From Abditibacteriaceae bacterium (GTDB lineage: Bacteria > Armatimonadota > Abditibacteriia > Abditibacteriales > Abditibacteriaceae), in the NCBI GenBank assembly GCA_965277285.1, contig OZ255721.1, positions 1,824,001-1,888,000 on the forward strand: DNA of 64,000 nucleotides, in the 5' to 3' direction. Of this stretch, positions 46,378 to 56,543 are shown piece by piece. The translations under genes were made by a program, and so were the position numbers. The notes below the pieces were generated by a model. That model ran no database searches and was not told the DNA's origin. It saw only the letters and a list, made by a program, of their open reading frames with translations. Within the stretch, counting starts at the first letter, position 1. Every line of letters begins with the position of its first letter.

Positions 46378-48341
46378 AATTGAAGACCGCGCGTTTATCA
46401 GCGGGCATTTTGGCCATCACCTTAGCCGCCAACTCCGTCGTCCTGGCGCAGAATGCTCCCACGCAAAACGCTTCGCCGAACACTTCGTCCGGCACCATGC
46501 CTGCCGCCAACAATTCTACTTCGAGTACTGGAACAACTTCCACTGGAACAACTCCAGGCACCGCTGTGGATTCTGCCAACTCGGGCATGATGGCCAACGG
46601 CGGCACAAGCAATAACGCTACGACCAACGGCACTGCAACTAACGGCACGACAACCAACGGCGGCGCAACAGAAAATCCGACGATTGTCAGTAGCACGAAT
46701 CCTGCGGCTCCAACAGTTGTGCCGCCTGGCTCCGTGGGCGCGACGACAACGGGTGCTCCGGCTTCTGTTCCGGCGGGCGTTGTGACGGCGGCTGCGACAA
46801 ATCCCGTAGTTTCGGCCACGGGCGTGGTGACGACAGGTTTAGCGGATGCGCGCAACGCCGCAGATGCGAACGCGCCGGTTTTCACGTTATCTGACGCGTT
46901 GACGCTGGCGCTGCAAAACAACCCGACGGTAGCTTCGGCGCAAGCCTCGATTCGCGCGGCGCAGGCTCGTGTCGGCGAAGCGAGTGCTGCGGGCGGCCCG
47001 CAAGTCGGTGCCAACGCCAACCTCGCCGGAACTCGCAACTTGAATGGCGCGCCCGTCATCGTTGGAAGTTCGGTTGGCGGCGGCGGCGGCGGCGGCGGCA
47101 CAACTGGCGGTGGCACAACTGGCGGCGGTTCGACTGGTGGCATTTCGAGTTCGCCAGTCGTCGCCGACAATCTGCTGGGATTTGGCGCGACTGAGACGGC
47201 GGGTTTGACGGCGACGCTGCCGATTTATACCGGCGGTCGCGTTTCGGCCAATAAGCGAATAGCGCGCTCAAACGTCAATGTGCAGACGGAAAATGCGCTA
47301 CAAACCGAGCAAGATTTGCTGCTCAACACCACAACTTCTTATCTCAACATCCTGCGTTCGAGCCAACTTTTGACGGTCGCGGTCAGCAACGTGGACGTTT
47401 CGCGCGAGCAGTTGCGCGTGGCGCAAGTTCGCTACGATGCCGGAGCTGCAGCGCGCCTGGAAGTTTATCAAGCGCAAGCGACATTGGCGGACGCTGAGCA
47501 GCGTCGTATCGCGGCCAGCGCGACTTTGGGACAATCGACGGCGAGTTTGAACACCTTGATGGGACGCACGCCGGAAACGCCATTGCGCGTCGAGGAAATC
47601 ACGTCGCTTACTCTGAACTTACCGACCTTGACAACGGCGAACGGCACCAGCCTTTCGAGCAGCGATTTGCGCTTGATTTCCGCGCAGTCGCGCCCGGCGA
47701 TTGCCGCTTCGCAAGCGCAAATTACCACTTCGGAAGCGAACGTGGCGTTGGCCAAAGCGCAGCGTCGTCCCAGCCTGGGCTTGAGTTTGGGCGCCCTGAT
47801 TCGCAATCCCTTGACGTATCTGGGACGTTTCGCGCTTTCGCTGGGATTGGGGCTGACGCAAACCATTTTCGACAGCGGTCTTTCGCGCTCGCAAATTAGC
47901 GAAGCGCAAGCGTTGGTCGATCAGTCGCGCGCCGGACTTTCGAGTACTCAATTGAACGTCGGCAACCAGATCGAGCAATCGTTGTTGAACTTGGATTCGG
48001 CGCAGTCGCGCACAGTCAGCGCGGATGTAGCGGTCACGGCGGCGCAAGAAGCTTTGCGCGCGGCGCAAGTCGGTTATCAGGCGGGCGTGCGCACGTCGTT
48101 GGACGTTACAACGGCGCAGACCGCACTCTTGAACGCGCAAACCAACGCCGTCAATGCGCGCTTCGATGTGGCGACAGGACAAGCTCAATTGGCTTCGTCG
48201 GTCGGCGTGTTGACCGTCGCCGGACAAGACGCCACCAGTCGCGTTACTCAGGCGCAAAACGCTGCGAACGACGCGCTTCAAGCGAGTGCAAACGCCAACA
48301 AACCGAAGAAGAAACGTAAAAAGTTTCTGGGCATTTTCTAA
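46374..48341 (+). CDS. TolC-family outer membrane efflux protein
   Basis: Signal peptide, T/S/N-rich linker, LSDALTLALQNNP, LPIYTGG, RYDAG, YQAGVRTSLDV; ATGA overlap with marR. Confidence 0.88.
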   Translation: MKLKTARLSAGILAITLAANSVVLAQNAPTQNASPNTSSGTMPAANNSTSSTGTTSTGTTPGTAVDSANSGMMANGGTSNNATTNGTATNGTTTNGGATENPTIVSSTNPAAPTVVPPGSVGATTTGAPASVPAGVVTAAATNPVVSATGVVTTGLADARNAADANAPVFTLSDALTLALQNNPTVASAQASIRAAQARVGEASAAGGPQVGANANLAGTRNLNGAPVIVGSSVGGGGGGGGTTGGGTTGGGSTGGISSSPVVADNLLGFGATETAGLTATLPIYTGGRVSANKRIARSNVNVQTENALQTEQDLLLNTTTSYLNILRSSQLLTVAVSNVDVSREQLRVAQVRYDAGAAARLEVYQAQATLADAEQRRIAASATLGQSTASLNTLMGRTPETPLRVEEITSLTLNLPTLTTANGTSLSSSDLRLISAQSRPAIAASQAQITTSEANVALAKAQRRPSLGLSLGALIRNPLTYLGRFALSLGLGLTQTIFDSGLSRSQISEAQALVDQSRAGLSSTQLNVGNQIEQSLLNLDSAQSRTVSADVAVTAAQEALRAAQVGYQAGVRTSLDVTTAQTALLNAQTNAVNARFDVATGQAQLASSVGVLTVAGQDATSRVTQAQNAANDALQASANANKPKKKRKKFLGIF

Positions 48342-48442
48342 GACGTTCAATGGCCAGATGAACCGAGAATATCTGCAATCGAGTACTCGAAACGCTCTTG
48401 AATGCTTTTGAAGGAAAGCTCTAAGAAGGTGAAACGAACGCA

Positions 48443-50428
48443 ATGGCAAATCAAACAGCGGAACACGAAACCGTGCAAGATGGCGTGGTAAACGGCAAAA
48501 TCGGCAGCAATGGCGCCGCACATAACGGCGTCGCTTCCGATGGTATTACTCCCGATGGAGCGGCGCGCCAAAACGCGCAAGGCCCGGTGCCAGAGCCTGT
48601 AACGGATGGCGCAGGCACGAAAACGGGCGGCGTAAAACCAAGCACTGAACGTGATGGTTCGTCGCGCAAGAAGATCATTATCGGCGCCGCGGTTCTGGCG
48701 TTGCTGGTCGGTGGCGGCATTTACGCCAAGCACGCTCTGGCATGGAGCAGCGCGCACGTTTCGACGGACGACGCTTATCTCACTTCCGATTTGGTGCAGA
48801 TCACGCCGCAAGTCAATGGCAGCCTGACGCGCGTTTTGGTCAGCGACAACCAACCTGTTAAGCAAGGCGAAGTTTTAGCAGTTTTGGATGACGCGACATA
48901 TCGCTCGCAATTGGCGGAGCAGCAGGCGAATTTGGCGGTCGCGCAAGCTTCTTATCGCGCGGCGCAAGTCGGCGTCGGTTTGACCGGCACGACTGGCGAA
49001 TCGCAGATTTTGCAGGCGCAAGGCGGCGTCGAGCAGGCGAACAGCGGCATCGGCGCAGCACAAACCGATGCGTTGCGCAATCGTGGCGGAATTTCTGCCG
49101 CGCAAGCCGCTGCACAAAACGCGCGCGACGCCGTGGAAACTGCACGCTCCGCCGTCGCTCAAGCGATTGCGACGCGTGATCGTGTCGCGCAAACCGCCGA
49201 AGCCTCGCGCACGGGAATCGCTTCGGCAACCGCCGGTTATTCGCAGGCGCAAGGTGCTTTGCGCGCCGCAATCGCGGGAATTTCTGCCGCGCAAGCTTCG
49301 CGTGACCGCGCTTCAGCCGCTTTATCGTCCGCCAACGCTGTTATCGCAACCGCCGAAGCTGGAGTTCGCGCCGCCCGCGATGCCGTTGTCGCCGCACGCG
49401 CGCAGGCTGACCGCGCTAATAAAGATGCAGCGCGTTACGAAACATTGTTTCGCGGCGATGCGGTCAGCGAACAAAGCGTCGAAGTGGCGCGCGCGACGGC
49501 GACCACAGCGCGCGCTCAGCTCGAATCGGCGCAAGAGCAATTGACGCAAGCACAAACTTTGGTCGAGCAACGCCGCCAGGACGCGCAAGGCGCGCTCGAA
49601 GGCGTTCGCGCCGCCGATGCCGCCGTCAATCAGGCGCGCGCTCAAGCCTCGCAAGCGCGTGCAGGCGTGACAGCCGCGTCTGCTGGGATTAATTCGGCGC
49701 GCGCGCAATATGCCGCCGCGCAAAGCGCCATTAACGAAGCGCAAGCCGGAATCACGCAAAACCAGACTAAAATCGCGGGCGCGCAAGCCTCTGTGTTGCA
49801 AGCGCAGGCGACACTCGCGCAAGCGCAAGCCGCGTATCAAACGGCGCAGCAGAACGTCGGCACGGCGCAGGGCAAGAAAACGCAGGCCTTGGGCTTATTG
49901 AAGCAAGCGCAAACCGCGCCGCAACAATTGACGCAAAGCCAGAGCAACGCGCAAACCGCGCAAGCCAAAATCCAGCAAGCGATTGCGGCGATGCACGACG
50001 CGCAAATTAACCTGGATCGCACCAAAATCAAGGCGCCGATTGATGGCGTTGTCAGCCAGCGCCTGGCGCAGATCGGCCAGCAGGTCGCGGTCGGCCAGCC
50101 TTTGATGGCGATGATTCCGCGCAACAGTTTGTGGGTCGTGGCGAACTTGAAAGAAACGCAGATGACGGACGTTCATCCCGGCAGCCGCGCCACGATTGAA
50201 GTCGATGCGTTTTCCAAGCACGAATTTACCGGCCACGTCGAGTCTTTATCAGCGGGAACCGGCGCGACCTTCGCGCTTTTGCCGCCCGACAACGCCAGCG
50301 GCAACTTCACTAAAGTCGTGCAACGCGTGCCCGTCAAAATTGTGCTCGACCCGAACCAGGACAATCTGGATCAATTGCGCAGCGGCCTTTCCGCCGTTGT
50401 CACGATAACAACGCGCGACAACTCGTAA
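48443..50428 (+). CDS. EmrA/HlyD-family periplasmic adaptor with very long coiled coil
   Basis: STDDAY, ITPQVNG, IKAPIDG, WVVANLKETQ, LLPPDNASGNFTKVVQRVPV. Confidence 0.92.
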   Translation: MANQTAEHETVQDGVVNGKIGSNGAAHNGVASDGITPDGAARQNAQGPVPEPVTDGAGTKTGGVKPSTERDGSSRKKIIIGAAVLALLVGGGIYAKHALAWSSAHVSTDDAYLTSDLVQITPQVNGSLTRVLVSDNQPVKQGEVLAVLDDATYRSQLAEQQANLAVAQASYRAAQVGVGLTGTTGESQILQAQGGVEQANSGIGAAQTDALRNRGGISAAQAAAQNARDAVETARSAVAQAIATRDRVAQTAEASRTGIASATAGYSQAQGALRAAIAGISAAQASRDRASAALSSANAVIATAEAGVRAARDAVVAARAQADRANKDAARYETLFRGDAVSEQSVEVARATATTARAQLESAQEQLTQAQTLVEQRRQDAQGALEGVRAADAAVNQARAQASQARAGVTAASAGINSARAQYAAAQSAINEAQAGITQNQTKIAGAQASVLQAQATLAQAQAAYQTAQQNVGTAQGKKTQALGLLKQAQTAPQQLTQSQSNAQTAQAKIQQAIAAMHDAQINLDRTKIKAPIDGVVSQRLAQIGQQVAVGQPLMAMIPRNSLWVVANLKETQMTDVHPGSRATIEVDAFSKHEFTGHVESLSAGTGATFALLPPDNASGNFTKVVQRVPVKIVLDPNQDNLDQLRSGLSAVVTITTRDNS

Positions 50429-50455
50429 GTAAATATCGAGTCCCAGATTTTTAAC

Positions 50456-50533
50456 GAACTCGGAGCGTAAGCGACGGGTGCAGCAACACCTATATCAAAC
50501 TCGCAGTTCACCCGTCGCTTACGCTCCGAGTTC
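50456..50533. repeat. REP-like doublet, family A
   Basis: gaactcggagcgtaagcgacgggtg pairs with cacccgtcgcttacgctccgagttc. Confidence 0.88.
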
Positions 50534-50574
50534 ATTAGATACCTACCAATCGAGTACTCGAAAGTGGAGAAACG

Positions 50575-51321
50575 ATGAGTGAAGAGTTGAAATCGAAAGT
50601 TGCCCTTGTAACAGGCGCCTCGTCCGGCATTGGCGAAGCCACAGCGAAACTTCTGGCGAAGAATGGCGCGAGCGTTGTCTTAGTCGCGCGCCGCGAAGAT
50701 CGCTTGCAGCAAATTGTTCAGGAAATCGAAGCCGCTGGCGGACGCGCCATTTCGGTTGTCGCCGATGTCGCGGACGAAGCGCAGGCCAAAAGCGCGTTCG
50801 ACAAAGCGCATCAGGAATTTGGGCGTTTGGACATCGCGGTCAACAACGCGGGCGTGATGTTGTGGGGGCCGATTTTGAACGCCAATACCGAAGATTGGCG
50901 ACGCATGATCAACTTGAATGTGTTGGGCTTGATGTATTGTACGCACGCCGCTTTGCCTTTGATGCAGCAGAACGGCAGCGGCCACATCGTCAACGTTTCG
51001 AGCGTCGCGGGTCGCACAGCGCGCGAAGGCGTCGGCGTTTATAACGCCAGCAAGTGGGCGGTCGGCGGGTTTTCCGAATCGCTGCGCCAGGAAGTGCGCA
51101 AGCTCAACATTCGCGTGACGATTATCGAGCCAGGCGTTGTCGATACCGAACTGACGCAGCACATGACGAATGAGCAGGCGCAAAAAGACGTACACGCGCT
51201 TTACACTTCGATGAAAGGCCTGGAAAGCGAAGACATCGCGCGCTCCATTCTTTACGCTGTGACGCAACCGTCGCACGTCAATGTCAACGAGATTTTGGTG
51301 CGACCCCTCGAACAAGCTTGA
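50575..51321 (+). CDS. SDR-family NAD(P)-dependent oxidoreductase
   Basis: TGASSGIG, NNAG, YNASK. Confidence 0.93.
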   Translation: MSEELKSKVALVTGASSGIGEATAKLLAKNGASVVLVARREDRLQQIVQEIEAAGGRAISVVADVADEAQAKSAFDKAHQEFGRLDIAVNNAGVMLWGPILNANTEDWRRMINLNVLGLMYCTHAALPLMQQNGSGHIVNVSSVAGRTAREGVGVYNASKWAVGGFSESLRQEVRKLNIRVTIIEPGVVDTELTQHMTNEQAQKDVHALYTSMKGLESEDIARSILYAVTQPSHVNVNEILVRPLEQA

Positions 51322-51347
51322 TAAGAAACTACGAAAACTGAAACATT

Positions 51348-53006
51348 ATGGCCACAGCCGCACAAAATATCGGAAGAAATACGGGATCGAGTACTCGAAA
51401 CGCACCACAGAACGCGCCCGCCTCTGGTGCGCCGCGCGACTTGGCGTCTTCGATTACGCCGACGTTGCGGCTCATTATCACGATTACGGTGATGGCGGCG
51501 ACGTTGATGGAAGTTTTGGACACCTCGATTGTCAACGTGGCACTGCCCGACATGATGGGCAACTTGGGCGCGACGCTGGACGAGATCGGCTGGGTTTCGA
51601 CGGGCTACATCATTTCCAACGTCATCGTTTTGCCGCTGACGGGCTGGCTGTCCGACTTTTTCGGGCGCAAGCGTTATCTGGCGTATTCGGTGATTTTGTT
51701 CACGCTGGCGTCGCTGGGTTGCGGATTGAGCCGCAGTTTGTGGCCACTCGTGTTCTGGCGCGTCATTCAAGGCGCGGGTGGCGCGGCGTTTTTATCGACT
51801 TCGCAGGCGACCTTGATGGAGATTTATCCGCCGCATCGCAGAGGTTTCGCGCAGGCAATGTTCGGCATTGGCGTCGTGATGGCGCCAACGCTGGGACCAA
51901 CCGTTGGCGGCCTGATTACCGATCATTATTCGTGGCCGTGGATTTTCTTTGTCAATATCCCGATTGGCATCATCGCAGCGATTTTGTGCTTTACTTTCGT
52001 TCCCGATTCGCCTGCAGCCGGAAAAAAGCGCCGCGCCGATTTCATGGGAATTGGCCTGCTGGCGATTGGTCTGGGATGCTTGCAAACGATTATGGAGCGC
52101 GGCGAGCGCGATGATTGGTTCCAGGCGAACTACATTGTGGCGCTGGCGTTCGCGTCCGCATTGGGAATGGCGACATTTATCTGGTGGCAATTGCATCCGA
52201 AAAACGAGCATCCCGCCGTCAATTTGCGAACGCTTAGCAATCGCAATCTGGCGGCGGGAACGTTGTTGGGTTTTGCGCTTGGGTTTGTGCTTTATGGCGG
52301 CGTTTTCATATTGCCGCAATTTTTGCAAACCGTGCAGCATCACACGGCTTCGCAAGCCGGACTTTTGTTGATGCCGGGCGGCATTGCGACCGCGTGCATG
52401 ATGCCGATTGTCGGACAGCTTTCCAACCGAATAGACAAACGATGGCTGATTGCGGCGGGCGCGGGCGTCTTCATCTGGTCGATGTTCATGTTCAATGCCC
52501 GCATGACTTTGACGATGCCGGATGAAGCGATGACTTTGCCTTTGATGTTGCGCGGAGCAGGAATGGGACTTCAGTTCGTGCCGATTTCCCTGCTGGCGCT
52601 GGGAACTTTGCCGCCGCGCGAAATGGCCGGAGGCGCCGGGCTTTACAACCTGTTCCGTCAGTTGGGCGGCTCGTTTGGCATCGCAATTTTGGCGACTTTG
52701 ATTGACCGCCGCTCACATTTTCACACCGAACGATTGAGCGAAAGCATCAGCGTCTACAGCCCGGCAACTCAACTGCGCTTGACGCAGATTCAGCAAGGCT
52801 TGATGATGCGCGGTTTTACGCCGATGGATGCACAAACTCGTTCTTACGCAATTTTGCAAGGGACGGTTCACAGCCAGGCGATGGTAATGACTTACGCCGA
52901 TATGTTCCGCATCATGGGTTATGTCGGGTTTGGCGCGCTGGCGTTATTGATGCTGTTCCAACGCGCCAAAAATGCACCGGGCGCGGCGGCGGCAGCGGCC
53001 CATTAA
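51348..53006 (+). CDS. DHA2 (EmrB/QacA) MFS efflux permease
   Basis: MEVLDTSIVNVALP, GPTVGG, WPWIFFVNIPIG, RQLGGSFG. Confidence 0.93.
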   Translation: MATAAQNIGRNTGSSTRNAPQNAPASGAPRDLASSITPTLRLIITITVMAATLMEVLDTSIVNVALPDMMGNLGATLDEIGWVSTGYIISNVIVLPLTGWLSDFFGRKRYLAYSVILFTLASLGCGLSRSLWPLVFWRVIQGAGGAAFLSTSQATLMEIYPPHRRGFAQAMFGIGVVMAPTLGPTVGGLITDHYSWPWIFFVNIPIGIIAAILCFTFVPDSPAAGKKRRADFMGIGLLAIGLGCLQTIMERGERDDWFQANYIVALAFASALGMATFIWWQLHPKNEHPAVNLRTLSNRNLAAGTLLGFALGFVLYGGVFILPQFLQTVQHHTASQAGLLLMPGGIATACMMPIVGQLSNRIDKRWLIAAGAGVFIWSMFMFNARMTLTMPDEAMTLPLMLRGAGMGLQFVPISLLALGTLPPREMAGGAGLYNLFRQLGGSFGIAILATLIDRRSHFHTERLSESISVYSPATQLRLTQIQQGLMMRGFTPMDAQTRSYAILQGTVHSQAMVMTYADMFRIMGYVGFGALALLMLFQRAKNAPGAAAAAAH

Positions 53007-53033
53007 AACGTAAATCGAGTACTCGATATGCGT

Positions 53034-53109
53034 TAACGAACCCTGAGCGTCAGCGACGGGTCTTGTAAAAATCAGATAAAGACCCGTCGCTGACGCTCAG
53101 GGTTCGTTA
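53034..53109. repeat. REP-like doublet, family A
   Basis: taacgaaccctgagcgtcagcgacgggtctt with a perfect inverted copy at 53079-53109. Confidence 0.88.
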
Positions 53110-53130
53110 GGTTGTCAGGAGAAATAGTTC

Positions 53131-56100
53131 ATGCAGAAATTAGCGGAAATTTGTATTCGGCGACCGATCTTCGCTTCGGTTTTGATTTTACTTTTGGTCG
53201 TCGTTGGACTGGTCGGCTACACGCGCCTGGGCGTTGATCGCTTTCCCGACATCGAGTTTCCGACTGTCATCGTGACAACGCTGTCACCGGGCAGCAGCCC
53301 CGAAGCGGTCGAAACTGAAATCACGGATAAAATCGAGGAAAATGTCAACACCATCAGCGGTATTGATACATTGAGTTCGGTTTCCAGCGAAGGCGTTTCG
53401 ACCGTTTCGGTGCAGTTCGTGCTCGAAAAAGACGCCAATGTCGCGGCGCAGGAAGTGCGCGACAAAGTCGATCTGGCGATGCCCTTGTTGCCCAAAGACA
53501 TTCAGACACCAACAGTCAGCCGCTTCAGCACCAGCGACGTTCCCGTGATGTCGCTCTCGTTATCGGCGAACGTTCCGTTGCGCGAATTGACCGAATACGC
53601 CGACAAAGTATTGCGACGTCGCATCGAAAGCACCGATGGCGTGGGCGATGTCACGATTATCGGAGGCCGCAAGCGTCAGATCAACATCTGGATTGACGCT
53701 TATAAGTTGCGTGCCTACAATCTGACTTCCAACGATGTCATCAAGGCGTTGCAGGCGCAAAACATCGAAATCCCCGGCGGACAAGTCGATCAGGGCGCGC
53801 GCTCGCTGACTTTGCGCACGCAGGGACGCTTGCATTCGATGCAGGATTTCAGCAACATCACGCTGACCAGCGCCAACAACAGCTCGGTTTTGTTGTCCGA
53901 TGTGGCGCGCGTGGAAGACGGCGCCGAAGAGCAGCTCAGCGGCTCGGAACTCAACGGCAAAGCGACAGTGCAACTTTCGATTCGCAAGCAGAGCGGTGAA
54001 AATACCATCGCGGTCGTCGATGGCGTTCGCGCCAAGCTTGTGGAAGCGGGTTATCTGGCGCCGACCGATCCCAAGTTGCTGAAGAATTTCAAAAGTTCGC
54101 TCCCCAACGGCTATCAGTTGCGCATTGTGCGCGACGAAACCGATTTCATCAAAGCGGCTGTCAATACGGTGAAAGAGCACCTTGTTGTCGGCGCGCTTTT
54201 GGCGGCGCTCGTCGTCTTCATCTTTTTGTGGAATTGGCGCTCGACCTTGATCGCGGCGGTTTCGATTCCGGCTTCGATTCTGGCGACCTTCGCCTTGATT
54301 TGGGCAGCGGGTTTCACGCTCAACCTGATCACTCTTTTAGCGTTGACTTTGGCTGTCGGCATCGTGATCGACGACGCGATTGTGGTTCTCGAAAACATTT
54401 ATCGCTTCATCGAAGAAAAAGGCATGAGTCCGTTTGAAGCGGCCATTGAAGGCACGCGCGAAATCGGCCTGGCAGTTTTAGCGACAACGTTGAGCTTGAT
54501 CGCGGTCTTTTTGCCGGTCGCTTTTATGAGCGGCATCGTCGGGCGCTTCATGTCGTCGTTTGGCCTGACGATGGCGTTTGCAATTGCGGTTTCGCTGCTG
54601 GTCGCGTTTACGCTCACGCCAACCATGAGCGCGCGCTTTCTCAAACATGAAGGACATGGCCATGACGAAGCACCCGCCGATGCTCAAGCTGTTGCGCCTT
54701 CAGACAATGGAACTGCAAACGTGACGACTGCGAACACTCCAATATCGAGTACTCGAAACGGCGCTGTAGCCGCTTCCAAGCCGCACGATGCGGCTAAAGA
54801 GCGCGGTTTTTACGCCTGGATTGATCGTCGTTACACGCGCGCTCTCGAATGGAGCATGGTGCATCGCTGGGTTGTCGTGTTGGCGTGTCTGGGCGCGCTG
54901 GTTTCGATTGTGCCGCTGGGCATTGCGGTTCCAAAGAACTTTCTGCCGCTGGATGATGAATCGCAGTTTGAAGTGGACGCGACAGCGCCCGAAGGCACCA
55001 GTTTCGTGGCGACGCAGAAATTGGGGCGCCAGTTGGTGAACGAAATCAGGAAGTTGCCCAACGTCGAATATACTTTGCTTTCCATTGGCGGCAATAGTTC
55101 GCAGGGCGGATCGCCAAACACGATCTCGGTCTATGCGCATATGCTTGCGTTGGAAAAACGAACCGATGCGGCGATGACGCAGGACGCTCTGGTGGAACGC
55201 ATTCGCACTCAGATTTTGCCCAAGTTCGCGGCCGATAACTTGCGTCCAATCGTTGGGCCGGTTTCCAGCTTTGGTGGCGGTGGACGTGCGGGCGCGACGA
55301 TTCAATACGTCATCGCGGGGCCGGATCTGGATAAGTTGACAACAATCTCGCAAAAGGCTTTGTCGCAGTTCCGCAAGATTCCGGGCGTTGTCGATGCCGA
55401 CACGAACCTCGTCGTTGGCAAGCCGGAATTGGAAGTGAAAGTTGATCGTCAGTTGGCGGCACAGTTGGGCGTCAATGTGAATGACATTGCTACGGCTTTG
55501 CGTTATTTAGTTGGTGGCGATCAAGTTTCCGATTATTACGATACCGGCGAGCAGTACGAAGTTCATGTTCGCGCTGAACAACCGTTTCGTGACAACGCGC
55601 AAAATATCGGTTTGCTGACGGTTCCCTCGAGTACTGTCGGCGCGGTTCCGCTCTCGCAGGTCGTGAGTTTCCTGCCAGGCAGCGGGCCTTCGGAAATCAA
55701 TCGTTATAACCGCCAGCGCCAGGTGACAATTTCAGCGAACGTTTTGCCGGGCGCGTCCGAATCGGATGTCACCAACAAGCTCGACCAAATCGTCAAAGGC
55801 ATGAACCTTCCACCAGCTTATACATCTAGCCTGGCCGGACGCTCGAAAGAACAAGGCAAAGCATTCATGGCGTTTCTGACGGCTTTTGGAATGTCACTGG
55901 TCTTCATGTACTTGATTTTGGCGGCGCAGTTTGAAAGCTGGCTGCATCCAATCACGATTTTGCTGTCGTTGCCGCTGACGATTCCCTTTGCGCTGTTTTC
56001 GCTTTTGGTGCTGGGACAATCGGTCAATATCTTTTCGATGCTGGGAATTTTAGTCTTGTTCGGCGTCGTGAAGAAGAACTCGATTTTGCAAATCGACCAC

Positions 56101-56508
56101 ACCAACAAACTGCGCGAAGCGGGCATGAATCGCCACGACGCGATTATCCAGGCAAACCGCGACCGCTTGCGCCCGATTTTGATGACGACGTTGGCGTTCG
56201 TGGCCGGCATGATTCCGCTCGTGATTTCGAGCGGAACTGGCGCGGGCACCAATCGCGCGGTCGGTTCGGTCGTCTTTGGCGGACAAACTTTGTCGCTGTT
56301 CCTGACTTTGCTGGCCACGCCGGTCGCGTATTCATTGTTCGATGACGCGGCGAATTATCATCCGATCACGCGCTCGCGCAACTTCGTCGGACGTTTTATT
56401 CCGGCGTTGCGCCCGGCACCCAAAGCGGCTTTGGCGCCGATGACAGCCACGCCGAACAATATGTCGAGCAGTCTGCCGAACAATGCGCGCGATGGGCGCA
56501 ATAATTAA
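53131..56508 (+). CDS. RND efflux permease (HAE1/AcrB family)
   Basis: [41 protein letters not shown]. Confidence 0.95.
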   Translation: MQKLAEICIRRPIFASVLILLLVVVGLVGYTRLGVDRFPDIEFPTVIVTTLSPGSSPEAVETEITDKIEENVNTISGIDTLSSVSSEGVSTVSVQFVLEKDANVAAQEVRDKVDLAMPLLPKDIQTPTVSRFSTSDVPVMSLSLSANVPLRELTEYADKVLRRRIESTDGVGDVTIIGGRKRQINIWIDAYKLRAYNLTSNDVIKALQAQNIEIPGGQVDQGARSLTLRTQGRLHSMQDFSNITLTSANNSSVLLSDVARVEDGAEEQLSGSELNGKATVQLSIRKQSGENTIAVVDGVRAKLVEAGYLAPTDPKLLKNFKSSLPNGYQLRIVRDETDFIKAAVNTVKEHLVVGALLAALVVFIFLWNWRSTLIAAVSIPASILATFALIWAAGFTLNLITLLALTLAVGIVIDDAIVVLENIYRFIEEKGMSPFEAAIEGTREIGLAVLATTLSLIAVFLPVAFMSGIVGRFMSSFGLTMAFAIAVSLLVAFTLTPTMSARFLKHEGHGHDEAPADAQAVAPSDNGTANVTTANTPISSTRNGAVAASKPHDAAKERGFYAWIDRRYTRALEWSMVHRWVVVLACLGALVSIVPLGIAVPKNFLPLDDESQFEVDATAPEGTSFVATQKLGRQLVNEIRKLPNVEYTLLSIGGNSSQGGSPNTISVYAHMLALEKRTDAAMTQDALVERIRTQILPKFAADNLRPIVGPVSSFGGGGRAGATIQYVIAGPDLDKLTTISQKALSQFRKIPGVVDADTNLVVGKPELEVKVDRQLAAQLGVNVNDIATALRYLVGGDQVSDYYDTGEQYEVHVRAEQPFRDNAQNIGLLTVPSSTVGAVPLSQVVSFLPGSGPSEINRYNRQRQVTISANVLPGASESDVTNKLDQIVKGMNLPPAYTSSLAGRSKEQGKAFMAFLTAFGMSLVFMYLILAAQFESWLHPITILLSLPLTIPFALFSLLVLGQSVNIFSMLGILVLFGVVKKNSILQIDHTNKLREAGMNRHDAIIQANRDRLRPILMTTLAFVAGMIPLVISSGTGAGTNRAVGSVVFGGQTLSLFLTLLATPVAYSLFDDAANYHPITRSRNFVGRFIPALRPAPKAALAPMTATPNNMSSSLPNNARDGRNN

Positions 56509-56543
56509 CAAAGTCGCATTCCGAAGTCGAACAAAGGACGAAC

